The notes under the pieces: model-generated
The model's database searches: none
Told to the model about the DNA's origin: nothing
The model's input: only the letters and a program-made list of their open reading frames with translations
Program-made: the position numbers and the translations under genes
Assembly: GCA_951406725.2 (NCBI GenBank)
Contig: OX597831.1
Coordinates: 72,726,001 to 72,790,000, forward strand
Origin: Octopus vulgaris
Taxonomy: Eukaryota
Length of the DNA: 64,000 nt
Direction: 5' to 3'
Shown here: positions 1-13,178 of the stretch, in pieces
Numbering within the stretch: the stretch's first letter is position 1
How the letters are laid out: the number at the start of each line of letters is the position of its first letter

Positions 1-186
1 TTTGTGCTCTCGTAACTTTTTGTAGGTTTTAAGTGAAATGGGTTTATAAAAATAACTCATAAACAATATAGTAGCTTATTTATATATAGTGCTATCATCA
101 TCATCATCATCACCACCATCATCATATATATAGACATACATATACATGTATATATACATAGATACAAATATAAACACACATCTACT

Positions 187-244
<58 letters not shown>

Positions 245-617
245 ATGCACATGCATACATACATTTCCCAGTACATGTATGCACACATACACATATATAT
301 ATATACCAACATACATATGCATGTATATGTAAGTGTTTGTGTATACACACACACATACCAACATACATATATCCACATATAATGCATGCATATAATATAT
401 ATATATATATGTGTGTGTATGTGTATGTATGTATGTTAGGTAGACAGACAGACGGACGGACGGACGGATGGATGGATGGATACATTGCATTGTATATACA
501 TACATAAAATATATGTAATGTATATACATATGTATACAGACACTGAATGTTTAACACTGAACTATGAGAATAGTGAAAGGGCAAACCTATTACATGCCAG
601 TAGCCTTTACTAGTTAG

Positions 618-648
<31 letters not shown>

Positions 649-720
649 GGTGGTGGTGGTGTTAACCTGACATTCTTTAATCCAACATCCTTTGACAATA
701 AACTCGAGAAGTTATGCTAC

Positions 721-810
721 AGAATCACCATAGATTACAACACCTAACATTTACTGGACAGATTTGGGTTTGGTAAACAAGGAATGGTAGCAGCAGAATG
801 GCACCAAACT
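721..810 (+). pseudogene. Possible decayed LDL-receptor class B (YWTD) repeat relic
   Basis: Reads RITIDYNT-(+1 frameshift)-NIYWTDLGLVNKEW*QQNGTK. YWTD is at 752-763; one frameshift and one stop. Confidence 0.3.
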
Positions 811-966
811 GGAGATATGTTCTTTAAAAGAAAATATATATAAAATGCAATTTTTTAAAAATCAGTTTTCAAACCCTGTTTCATGGAATTTTTATAAAAT
901 TTCACAAAATAATGACTACAATTCCTTACTAATAATAACCTTTGTATAATAACAGCTGCCAATATA

Positions 967-1137
967 GGCACAGGAGTGGCTGTGTGGTAAGTAGCTTGCT
1001 TACCAACTACATGGTTCCGTGTTCAGTCCCACTGCGTGGCATCTTGGGCAAGTGTCTTCTACTATAGCCTCAGGCCGACCAATGCCTTGTGAGTGGATTT
1101 GGTAGACGGAAACTGAAAGAAGCCTGTCGTATATATG

Positions 1138-1168
<31 letters not shown>

Positions 1169-1357
1169 TTGACCCCCTAGCATTGCTTGACAACCGATGC
1201 TGGTGTGCTTACGTCCCCGTCACTTAGCGGTTCGGCAAAAGAGACCGATAGAATAAGTACTGTGCTTACAAAGAATAAGTCCCGGGGGTCGATTTGCTCG
1301 ACTAAAGGCGGTGCTCCAGCATGGCCACAGTCAAATGACTGAAACAAGTAAAAGAGT
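967..1357 (+). mobile_element. tRNA-derived SINE, family 1 (octopus-type), full length
   Basis: Head ggcacaggagtggctgtgtggt with B-box-like gttcagtcc, internal (TA)/(TG) tract and tail ctccagcatggccacagtcaaatgactgaaacaagtaaaagag. About 20 related copies or fragments occur in the window. Confidence 0.9.
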
Positions 1358-1682
1358 AATATAAATGTTGCTTGCTTTGCTGGTTGGTTGATTTCCCCAG
1401 TCACAATTTACATTGTATAGAGAAATGGGGAGAGAATTAACAGAAGAGGTCCAGGGTTAGCGCACATACTAAGCTTGGTGGTAGGCAATGATAATTTTCA
1501 GAAAAAATACTCTTTTTTTTGTTTTTAATGAAACTTTGTAGAGATAGGTTTTCAATAGAGGAGATTGTGATTATGTTGATAAAAGTTAGAAAAATAGTAG
1601 CATGTATTTATTGCAAATATACAAACGAGAAATTTGTTTTAATTTTATTTTGTGGTAATGAATACTTTTCTTTTAAAAATTA

Positions 1683-2080
1683 GGAATGGCTTGCTGTGTG
1701 GTAAGAAGCTTGCTTACGAACAACATGGTTCCGGGTTCAGTCCCACTGCGTGGCACCATGGGCAAGTGTCTTCTACTATAGCCTCGGGCCGACCAAAGCC
1801 TTGTGAGTGGATTTGGTAGATGGAAACTGAAAGAAGCCCGTCATATATATGTATATATGTATGTGTGTATGTATGTTTGTGTGTCTGTGTTTGTACCCCC
1901 AACAGCACTTGACAACCGATGCTGGTGTGTTTATGTCCCTGTAACTTAGTGGTTCAGCAAAGAGACCAATAGAATAAGTACTAAGCTTACAAAGAATAAG
2001 TCCTGGGGTCAATTTGGTCAACTAAAGGCAGTGCTCCAGCATGGCCACAGTCAAATGACTGAAACAAGTAAAAGAGTAAA
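1683..2080 (+). mobile_element. SINE family 1 copy
   Basis: Colinear with 967-1357. Confidence 0.9.
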
Positions 2081-2108
2081 TTTCATCATTTTATATAAGA
2101 AGCAAGAA

Positions 2109-2166
2109 ATTTGATAATCATAATTATATTTGATAATCATAATTATATTTGATAATCATAATTATT
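2109..2166. repeat. 19-bp tandem repeat x3 (atttgataatcataattat)
   Basis: Directly visible. Confidence 0.85.
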
Positions 2167-2577
2167 GCATGCTTGCCTTATTTTCTGATCTTCCTGTTGG
2201 TGATAAAAGTATACATCCAAAGTTATACTCATAGTATAAATTGGTAACATTGTAGGAAAAAGTGAGAAAAAAGAAGAGACTCCACCCCAGTACAAGACTG
2301 GTACTTAATCAACTTCAAAAGGATAAAAGGCCTTAGTGTGATTTGAACTCAGAGCACAGAAGGCCAGAATGATTACCACAAAGCAATCTTTCCAATGCTC
2401 TAACAACACTGCCAATTGTCCCAACTTCAATATTGCATGGCTCATTCATTAAGACTGACTGGTATTGCTAATATTAATCACTTTGACTTGCTCAAGGTGC
2501 CATGCAATGGGACTGAAAATGAGACCATGTGGTTAAAAAACCAGTCTTTTAACCACACAGCCACACCAGTACCATAG

Positions 2578-2660
<83 letters not shown>

Positions 2661-3403
2661 CATGTATCATACTTTATGTGTATACATTGCTGATGGGCCA
2701 ATTACAGCTGTATTTGTCATCAGATAACATCCCTTGTGGACTGTCCAAGCATGTGACTGGCTGGAAGTTAAGCAGCACTAGAAAAGCCCACAGTGGCCAC
2801 TGTTGGGACAAACCTTTGTTTCCCCTCTAATATTTGTTTGTAACGCAACAACTGTACAAGAGATGTTATCTCAGGACAAATACCACAGTAACTGGCCTAT
2901 CGACTGTGTACATACATGGGCAGTTATTATAATTTAAAACTGCCTCAAATGTGTATACTAGATGTGTGTGTGTGTGTGTGTGTGTGTGTCTGCGTGCATG
3001 TGTGCACATATATATACATACGTATTTGATATCACAACAATATGGATGAGCAGTGTTTATATAGGTCAAAGGACCTTTATATTGATAAAAGTAACTTTAC
3101 ATTATATCTTCTTCAGTATTTATAGATTTAATATTACGTAATTAATTAGTGTTTAATTTAACGCTGTTAATATGACAAATACGAGTTTATGATAATTATC
3201 TTTGGCAGCTGAAATGACAGCGTGTGTGTACAGATGCACGAAAGGGGAGGGAGACAGCGTGAGTGTATCTCTCCCATTCCCTCATCACACATATGTGTGT
3301 GTGTGTGTGTGTATGTGTGTGTGTGTGTGTTATAATTTAGAACAAACGATAAAAGGTTGTCATTAGAGGACTTGGAATTTCGAGGTCTCATTCTTTCATT
3401 GTT

Positions 3404-3434
<31 letters not shown>

Positions 3435-3562
3435 CCGCCGAAATTACTACGATGATCCGGTTCTTGACTGAAGACTGAGGGTTTCGAATGTCCTGTCCGT
3501 GTTTATTGTGTCGTCTTCTAAGAGTTATACGTTCTTGTCCATGTTGTATTTTTCTACATACC

Positions 3563-3597
<35 letters not shown>

Positions 3598-3599
<2 letters not shown>

Positions 3600-3793
3600 T
3601 CTTTTACTTGTTTCAGCCATTTGACTTGCGACCAGGCTGGAGCACTGCCTTTAGTCGAGCAAATCCACCTCAGCACTTATTCTTTCTAAGCCCAGTACTT
3701 ATTCTGTCGGTCACTTTTGCCGACACCAGCATCAGTTGTCAAGCGATTTTGGGGGGATAAAACGCCAACACACAAATATATACACACACATAC

Positions 3794-3852
<59 letters not shown>

Positions 3853-3978
3853 CGATGGGCTTCTTTCAGTTTCCGTCTATCAAATCCACTCACAAGGCTT
3901 TGGTTGGCCTGAGGCTATAGTAGAAGGCACTTGCCCAAGGTTCCACGCAGTGGGACTGAACCCAGAACCATGTGGTTC
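3598..3978 (-). mobile_element. SINE family 1 copy
   Basis: Reverse complement of the family 1 tail and body, with expanded internal (TA)n. Confidence 0.85.
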
Positions 3979-3995
3979 TACTTTGATTGTGAACC

Positions 3996-4038
<43 letters not shown>

Positions 4039-4254
4039 TACATACACACACACATGCACAAATACACAAATATGCAGACATGCATATTTGTGTGTGTGTG
4101 TGCGTGTGTGTATTTTCAATTATAAAAATGTGTATACACACACACACACACATGTACACATAAATACTCTTTAACCTCGTTTCAGTCATGCTGTTGCGGT
4201 CATGCTGGAGCACCACAAATATATAAATACATCACCATCATCAAGTCCCTTTTC

Positions 4255-4490
4255 TCTCTGCTTTTCCGTTCTTGCATGTCTTCGACAAGTGAATCTCCAG
4301 AGACCGTCTGGCCACTTGTTATGTGATCTTTTGTCATTTTAGTGAAGTTCTGCCTCTTGAGACTCACTTTTACCATTTCTTTCCATCTCTTTCTTAGACT
4401 ACTCCTTCCAGATTCCTTTCTCAGCACTTCTTTATCCAAACTCTCATCCTCAATACACACCACACGTCTCAACCAGTGCACTCTCTTGTC
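4255..4490 (-). mobile_element. Decayed RTE-clade LINE C-terminal fragment
   Basis: Translation HWLRRVVCIEDESLDKEVL..GRSSLRKRWKEMVKVSLK resembles the RTE tail motif W.GHV.RM....GR..K.W...VK.DL seen at 36284-36718. Confidence 0.5.
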
Positions 4491-4929
4491 CTTGTTTTAC
4501 GCACTAGACTGAGGCCATGCTGGGGCACCGCCCTGAAGAATTTTTGTCCAGTAGTTTTTGTTTAAGTCGGGTACTTATTCTGTCGATATCTTTAGCTGAG
4601 CTGTTAAGTCATGGGGATGTAAATACACCAACACCAGTTGTCAAGCGGTTTGGAAGTACACACACACACACATGCGTTTGGGGGGGGGGGGGGATCGGAT
4701 GTTTTGTGTTTGTGTCTGTCCCTCGTCACTGCTTGTGTTGGTGTGTTTATGTTGCCATGACTTAGCAGTCTGACAAAAGAAATCGATAGAATAAGTACCA
4801 AGCTTAAAAAGAAAAATAAGTTCAGGGGTTGATTCATTTGACTGAAACCTCTTCAAGGCAGTGGTGCCCCAGCATGGCCACAGTCTAATGACTGAAACAA
4901 GTAAAGAGAAAAGATCAACTGAAATCCTC

Positions 4930-5212
4930 ATCAGTCACAACAATGAGGAATGGTCCAGTTGATCAATGCAACATCCTGCTCGGGAAATTAACATGCAAGT
5001 GGCTGAGTACTCCACAGACACATCAGTGTGACACAGAATATGACAAGGCTGGTCCCCTTTGAATTACTGGTACAATTCATTTCTATCAACTGAGTGGACT
5101 GCAGCAATGTAACATGAAGTGTCTTGCTCAAGGACAGGATTGCATTGCTGGGAATCGAACTCATGACCTTATGATTAGGAGGTAAATACCCTAACCACCA
5201 AGCCACAGGCCT
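4930..5212 (-). mobile_element. tRNA-derived SINE, family 3
   Basis: Head tggcttggtggttagg...gagttcgattccc followed by ccttgagcaagacactt. Homologous to 46725-47050 and 53885-54185. Confidence 0.8.
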
Positions 5213-5481
5213 TCACTTAAAAGATAAACACACACACACATGCACACATAAATGTACACACACACACATACACACACATGCACCAACACACACACATGCA
5301 CACATAAATGTACACACACACACACATGCACCAACACACACACACATGCACACACACACATAAATGTACACACACGCACATGCACATACACACATGCACC
5401 AACACACACACACATGCACACACACACATAAATGTACACACACATGTGCACATACACACACATGCACCAACACACACACAT

Positions 5482-5532
<51 letters not shown>

Positions 5533-5829
5533 CACACACACACACATGCACACACACGCACGCAATGGTCCCTTTACGTTTCCCATCTATTGAATTCACT
5601 CGCAAAGCTTTGGTCAGCCACATGCCTGGAAATCAAACATGCCCATGCCTATAAACAGGTGTATATAAAATGGGTGTATATATATATATAAACACACCCC
5701 ACCATGCCCTGAGTGTAGGATGTGAGGTGGAGCAATGTTTATAGAAACAAACCAAAACATAGACTGGAGACTGAAATGGGTTTCACCCAAGGGATTCCAA
5801 AGTCAAAACAAAATTCTTCGGCAAACATC

Positions 5830-6352
5830 CACCACCCCCACCACCACCACCATCATTACTACCATCATCATCACCACCACCTTCACTACCATCATCATCA
5901 CCACCATCATCATCATTACCACTACCACCATCACTACCATCATCATCACTACCATCATCATCACCACCACCATCACTACCATCACCACCACCACCACCAT
6001 CATTACCATCATCATCACCACCATCATCATCATTACCACTACCACCATCACTACCATCATCATCACCACCACCATCACTACCAGCATCATCACCACCACC
6101 ATCACTACCATCACCACCACCACCACCATCACTACCACCATCACTACCATCATCACCACCACCACCATCACTACCACCATCACCACCACCATCGCTACCA
6201 CCACCATCACCACCACCTTCACTACCATCATCATCACCACCACCACTACCATCACCACCACCACCATCACCACCATCACTACTATCACCACCACCACCAT
6301 CATCACTATCATCATTATCACTACCATCTCCACCACCACTATCATCACCACT
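5830..6352. repeat. Compound (CAC/CAT/TAC)n trinucleotide tract
   Basis: Pure triplet repeat that is open in several frames (poly-His, poly-Thr/Ile, poly-Val/Met). Confidence 0.9.
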
Positions 6353-6429
6353 GTCATGAGCCGTAAATAGAGATGCAAGTCTTTACCGTAGGGAGTATTT
6401 TAAGGGCAGCATCAAACAGATGCTTGATT

Positions 6430-6960
6430 TATTAGAAGTAGCAGCCAAATCCCTCTCAAATTATATCCAACCATCTCAAAAAAAAAAAAGAAAGAACAGG
6501 TCACATAAGACAATGTAATGCTAAGATACACTAAGTTTGAATAAAAGTTGAGATGGTCACAGCTGGAACATTGTTCTTCATAGAGCTGTTAGATAAAGGC
6601 TGATTTGGGGTTAACCAATGACAAATGAACGAAGGTGTCTCTACATAGCAGCTCAAGCTGCTAGAAATAGCAACCAAATCTCTCTCAAGACAGATAATCT
6701 AGTGCACAATGAAGTCTCATATCTGAATAAAAGACAAGATGGTCATGGCTGGAAGACCTTTGATCTGAAGTTTATTGGATGAGGACTGACCTGGGGCTAA
6801 ACAATAACATCAATGAAGGGATTTTTACATGATTATTCAAGTTGCTAGAAACAGCAGCCAAACCACCTTCAATTCAGACAAAAGCAAGGATGGATAGACA
6901 AAGTCTGAATAAAATAAGACAGTGGGGGAGGGGTCATAGCTGCTACTTACACTGAAAGAA
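6430..6960 (+). repeat. Three tandem diverged copies of an interspersed repeat (ctagaaatagcagccaaatc...gatggtcatggctggaa...gacctggggctaaacaac)
   Basis: The same motifs recur near 19840, 31110, 34420, 47865 and 54610. Confidence 0.65.
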
Positions 6961-6969
6961 AACTGACTC

Positions 6970-7261
6970 GGCTAACGATCTATCACGACGACAGAAGGGT
7001 CACACAGGAGAGCGAAGAAGTAGGGGAGATAACAAAGTAGTCACAGATATAGAGAAAGAGAGACAGAGACTGGCAGACAGATAGAGGTATCTATCTATCT
7101 ATCTGCCTGTCTGAACCTGTCTATCAGTCTGTCCCTCTCTCTATCTCTATCTGTCTGCCAGTCTCTGTCTCTCTTTCTCTATATCTGTGACTACTTTGTT
7201 ATCTCCCCTACTTCTTCGCTCTCCTGTGTGACCCTTCTGTTGCCATGATAGATTGTTAGCC
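6970..7261. repeat. Long inverted repeat, ~117-bp arms
   Basis: 6970-7086 is the reverse complement of 7145-7261, with a few outer mismatches. Confidence 0.9.
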
Positions 7262-7406
7262 ACTACACACATTTTTTTTCTCTCCTTGTTTTTTCTGTGT
7301 CCCTTTATGTAGAAGAACGTAGGCTCAAAACATAAAAGACTTTTTCTGTTCCTGAGCATTATACTAATACATCTGTTTGTCTTGTTTTTTTCGTAAACTC
7401 TCACTA

Positions 7407-8685
7407 TCTTTATATATATAAATCTTTATATATATAAAACTGAGAATGTGTCTGTCTGTCTGTCTGTGTGTTTCCCTAAAACTTGAGAACTACACAACCA
7501 ATTTCATTCAAATTTTACACATGCTTTACTTAGGGTCCATATAGTTTCATGAGCAAAAAAAATGTTCAACTTCTTGCCTAGAGTGAGCCCATAGCAATAT
7601 CATATCTTCTACACTATTTCAGTATTACGTGTTAAAAGTGAAACAAAAACATTTCTCTATTTTATGTCAGATACTTTCACTTTAACAATAAAAATAATAA
7701 TAACAATTGAATTATATGTAGTAAGTAATAATTAAAATCAAACTAAAGTATAATATAATCGTAACATAAAAAAAAGTAAAAATAGCAATTGATATAAAAT
7801 TGCATCAATGACTTGAACTTGAATAAGTGGTTTCACATGAATGGGAATAAATTAAAAATAAAATTAGCGTGCAGAAATGGAATAGTCCAGATGGATAATA
7901 AAAAATTAAATTAAAGAAAAGACTATTGTCTAAAAAAGTATACAATGTAGAGAAAAAAGAAGATTTGAACACATGGAGGAAAGCACCTTCGAAAAGTGTA
8001 TCGGTGCGACTATGAAAGGTATCTAATCAGAGGCGGTAAATTTGCCACAATAGAAGCAAGGTTTGAGTCAATGGAGCGTGCAAGCGAGTACTCAACTCGA
8101 ACTTGCAAAGTGGAAATATTTTATTTTTGCCCAGTGGTTAGGGCAGCGGACTTGCGGTCGGAGGATCGCGGTTTCGATTCCCAGACCGGGCGTTGTGTGT
8201 GTTTATTGAGCGAAAACACCTAAAAGCTCCACGAGGCTCCGGCAGGGGATGGTGGTGATCCCTGCTGTACTCTTTCACCACTCTAAAGGCGGTGCTCCAG
8301 CATGGCCGCAGTCAAATGACTGAAACAAGTACCAAAAAAAAAAAAAAAAAAAAAAAAATATCTGGGACGTAGGACGTCCTGGAAAAAAATTTAAAACGCC
8401 CCCTACCCCCCACCCCAGAAGTAGAGGTAGGCTGGATTGTAGCCACACTTCTATACAAGAGGGAGGACAAGATACAATTGATCGAAATTACAAGAGACGG
8501 GCTAACAATTCCAGTCTGTTATATATTTTGAGTATTGTTATCACTAGCGATATCAAGATATAACTTTGTACTTTATGTATAGATGTATATATATATAGAT
8601 GTACATGTAATATGTACACATATATATATGCACATATATACATGCACTAGCACTATGACCCGGCAACGCCGGGTCTATAATGCTA

Positions 8686-8686
<1 letters not shown>
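7407..8686 (+). mobile_element. Non-autonomous Helitron-type element
   Basis: 5' A|TC terminus (tctttatatatataaa, duplicated) and (gtct)n tract. The 3' end has hairpin gacccggc-aac-gccgggtc (8657-8675) then CTAG|T (8683-8686). A second copy starts at 43433. Confidence 0.8.
8130..8358 (+). mobile_element. Chimeric tRNA-headed SINE inside the Helitron
   Basis: A-box cccagtggttagg and B-box ggtttcgattccc, a distinct body, then the family 1 tail (8284-8330) and poly-A. Confidence 0.7.
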
Positions 8687-8729
<43 letters not shown>

Positions 8730-9379
8730 CTATCTATCTGTCTGTCTGTGTTCTTCTGTCTCTCTGTCTCTCCCCTCCCTCCCTCACACACACATATCTG
8801 GGTGTGTGTCATAACTGAACTCTCCACAAATCTCTAAACCCTAACCCTTGTGCTTTTGGAACAAAAGCTTATTTCTAGTTCAGTCAGACGGGAAGACAGT
8901 GTCATCATCCTTGGCCAGGGTTTCCAAACTGGTGGATGGAAAGGAGAACATCCTTAAATTAGAGAATTTGGTCTGAATATTTGCAACAGAGTGGACTCCA
9001 CTGATGATACCCAAGGATAATGTGGTGGTGTTCAACTGGGTGAGAGGTTAAATCTATGACCCAAGAAATTCATGGCAGGATTTGAACTCAGAACATGTAG
9101 AGACGGAACAAATACTTGAAGGAATCTGGACTAATGTTCTTAGAGTTCTGCTAATTCATCCCTAATCCTGGATTGGAACTTGTTTTTTGATCCAGAAAGT
9201 ATGAAAAGTAAAGTTGACCTCAGCAGGATTTGATCTTGGAATGGAAAGAATCAGTATAAATACCACAAGTTATCCTGTCTAGTATTCTAACAACTCTACC
9301 AAAGTGATACAATGATGTTAAAAGAGGGATTTTCTGTTTTTATAGCAAATTGGTAGGTCTTCAGTTAATTTAATCTCCA

Positions 9380-9600
9380 TCATCATCATCATCATCATCT
9401 TTTAATGTCTGTCTTCTATGCCGGGATGGGATGGATGGTTGGAGAGGACCCAATCGGTCTGAGGATTGCATTGTGCTCCAATGCCTGCTTCAGTATAGTT
9501 TCTACAGCTGGATTCTCTTCCAAACACCAACCACTTTACGGCAAGTTCTGGATGCCTTTTTTTTTGTGGCATCACTACTAGATAGGTCACCATACAGCTC
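9380..9600 (-). mobile_element. RTE 3'-UTR/tail fragment with (GAT)n tail
   Basis: Homologous to the 3' ends at 37050-37200 and 49940-50100. Confidence 0.65.
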
Positions 9601-10246
9601 ACAAGTCGAAGACACCACCCCCCTTCAAATGATTAGGACCACAAGAAAGAGACAGACAGAGATGGGGGAGGTGGCTTGATGCTAGGAGATGAGAGGTTGA
9701 AGTATGAAAGAGGGGCTAGGAATAGAAGAGATTTCTTGTTGTAGAGGGGCCACATAGCTACTTGAAATGTATAAGAATGGATTGGGGTAATCAAGATGGG
9801 ATTGGAAAGAGAGATAAAATACTGATGATGAGGTGTCAAGGCAGACCCTCAAAGACCAAGAATGTGAAGAGAAATGACTAGGAACAGAAGAACATGCTTG
9901 AGTAGGTAGAGGCAGCAAGATTCTATGGGTGTAATTGATGACATATTTAATGTATCCCTACATCTAATAAAATACATGGGTATCTCTGATATATTTCTGG
10001 TCAGATTCCTCACATCTCTATTCTGACAATATCTTCAAAGTAAGAGCTTTCAGGGCTTGTTTAATTCTTTGTCTTTCTTCAATATTTCTTCGTTAGTGTT
10101 ACATTAATTAATCAATGGGGAATCATTTGGTGCTGACTTAGCAGTAATAAAAATGAAGAAAAACAACACCACAAAAACATTTTCAATAAATAAAAGTAAA
10201 AAAATAAAACTCATAATGCTTCACAACAAAGCATTGAGGTTTTACC

Positions 10247-10297
<51 letters not shown>

Positions 10298-10895
10298 TAC
10301 TATTATTATTATTATTATTATTTGATAGTTTATAGAAAATTGATCTTACTTAAAGATATCAATCAGCAATTAATTTCATTAGTTAATGTATTCTCTTATT
10401 CTTCCAACAAAACAAAGAACCAAAACAAATGGTAAAAACAGTTGACATTGACTTGGAATTCTAATAACTCTGCTGACATTTCTCATCAACTGTCACATAC
10501 TCTTTGGCAATGCTTTTAAACTTTTATATATATATATATACACATATATATGTATATATATACACACACATATATACACATATATACATACACACACATA
10601 TATATACACATATATATACACATATATATATATACATATATATACACATATATATATATACACATATATATACACACACACATGCACACACATTCCTTTT
10701 TTTTTTGTTTCAGCTCAGAGCTGCGGCCATGCTGATGCACCGCTGTTTTGTATTTATATATTTATTTATATAAATATATTTATAGATATATATATAGTTA
10801 TATATTTATTTATATAAAATATATATATATATATATATATAGTTATATATTTATTTATATAAATATATATATATATATATAGTTATATATTTATT

Positions 10896-10945
<50 letters not shown>

Positions 10946-10955
10946 TATATTTATT

Positions 10956-11000
<45 letters not shown>

Positions 11001-11111
11001 TTTGATACTTTGATAGGTTTCGGCCATTATTGGCCCAGGCCATGTCCAACTTAATAGCACCACCTGGTGCTATTATATATTTATATATATATATATAGTT
11101 ATATATTTATT

Positions 11112-11150
<39 letters not shown>

Positions 11151-11158
<8 letters not shown>

Positions 11159-11485
11159 ATTTCGGAATGGTCATTTTGCCAGTTTAGCCAATAAAAACAC
11201 ATGCACTATATATTTGGTGTTACTTTGCTTCAGCGTTATTTATTTTTTACATTAATCTTAATCTTATTTCGGTCAGAATTCTTTCATCACACTCCTGTGA
11301 CCGCATCAGTGGTCCTTTGCTTTCTTCTTTCTTATTTGTGTGTCTCTCCTTACTAATGGTCAGCCGAAATAAGATTAAGATTAATGTAAAAAATAAATAA
11401 CGCTGAAGCAAAGTAACACCAAATATATAGTGCGTGTGTTTTTATTGGCTAAACTGGCAAAATGACCATTCCGAAATACAACAAT
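11151..11485. mobile_element. Penelope-like fragment with inverted duplication (122-bp arms), inserted in (TA)n
   Basis: 11151-11272 versus 11364-11485, one mismatch. The spacer carries a hammerhead-like core on the minus strand. Confidence 0.65.
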
Positions 11486-11563
11486 ATCTGTTTCAACATG
11501 CGATTTCACATCAAAAATCTTGCAAAATAAATATATAAACGTAAAAAAATATATATTTATATT

Positions 11564-11596
<33 letters not shown>

Positions 11597-12719
11597 ATTT
11601 ATATATATTTATATATTTATTTATATATATATTTATTTATATATATTTATATTTATATATATATATATACACACACAAGCATGTGTATGTATGTCTATAC
11701 ATATATATATATATATATATATAAAGAGAGCGAGAGAGAGATTGGTATGGGTGGGTATGTATATATGTGCAAGTGTGTAAAGCTAAAAGCAAACCTAAGC
11801 TAAGGTAATTAAGTGAGAGTGGCCAGTGGCAACAAGTGTTGGACAACAAAAGCATAGAAAACTCATCTAAAATGCTATACAAGATAAATTCTTGGTTAAT
11901 TAAAACTATTTTCACTGTGAGAGAAGGTAAACAAATACCCAGCAGCTATTATAACCAACTTCAAATGAGAAAGGGGAGATACTCTCAAGAAATCAATAAT
12001 CAAACTCCTGAACGAAGATGTCATTAACGAAATGAGAATCTGTGTTTACTGGATGCAAGAAGACACTTGCGAACATGTTTCTTCCTCAATGAGCATCATT
12101 AGCCCAGCATTGTCCTATTTTAACTTCAGATCATCCATGCCTCATGGTGATTTGCATAAGTATAACAAAAAATGAACCAAAGGAAATAGCTCAAGAGTGG
12201 CCAGTTATTCGTATTTGGACAATAAAGACCAAGAATAAGTGACCCCATGGAAGGATTTTCAGTGGAAGACCTTTGATCATAAGTCTACTTGATTAGGACT
12301 GACCTGGGAGGGAACACCAACAATAACAACCAATATTACAGTTCTATATTTAAGAGATGAGGAATCATATTATTTACCTTATTTACATTCGACGGATGGA
12401 TATATCAGCCGAAATGTTGTGTTAAAAACAAACAAGATGAGGACAAATATCTGTCAAATGTAAATAATGAACAACCAATATTATTGAAGATTACAAGATC
12501 ACTGCTGACAGAGTTAGTAAAGTACAATAGATTTTGCGACCAAATGCCTCAGTCCACCTAGCTGTAAATAGGTGCATCATAGTAGTAACAGCTCAACACT
12601 GTCATATTGATGTTTCATTGTTGTATAGCTCCAGGCTGGCTCTGATATAGCACAGACAAAGTTCAAAGACATCCTAACCACGACAAACTCATCTGTTATT
12701 CAAACATGAGAAGACCTGT

Positions 12720-13178
12720 TGAGTCAAGTAAAACCAATATCGTAGTTATGGCCAGTGCCCCCTCACTGGCTCCCATGCCGGTAGCATGTAAAAAGCACCA
12801 ACCAAACATAGCCAATGCCAGTACCCCAGACTGGCTCCTGTGCCAGTAGCATGTAAAAAGTACCTATTTCTTTACTACCCACAAGGGGCTAAACACAGAG
12901 AGGACAAACAAGGACAGACAAATTAAGTCGATTATATCGACCCCAGTGCGTGACTAGCACTTATTTAATCGTCCCTGAAAGGATGAAAGGCAAAGTCGAC
13001 CTTGGCGGAATTTGAACTCAGAACGTAACGGCAGACGAGATACCAGTAAGCATTTTGGCCGGCATGCTAACATTTCTGCCAGGTCGTAAAAAGTACCATC
13101 TTGGAACCTGGTGCAGCCGCTGGCTCTCCAGACCTCAGTCAAACTGCATGGAAAAGGGACATTAAACGATGATGATGA
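12720..13178 (+). mobile_element. RTE 3'-UTR fragment interrupted by a SINE
   Basis: gtagcatgtaaaaagcacc motifs and the aaacgatgatgat tail. Confidence 0.7.
12865..13085 (-). mobile_element. tRNA-derived SINE family 2 (tail type B) with 12-bp TSD
   Basis: Core gcctttcatcctttc.gggtcgataaat.aagtacc. TSD gtaaaaagtacc at 12853-12864 and 13086-13097. Confidence 0.88.

Noticed and set aside
5722-6378. 214-aa poly-His ORF (histidine-rich protein?)
   Set aside because: Pure triplet repeat, open in multiple frames on both strands, with no complex coding context or splice evidence.
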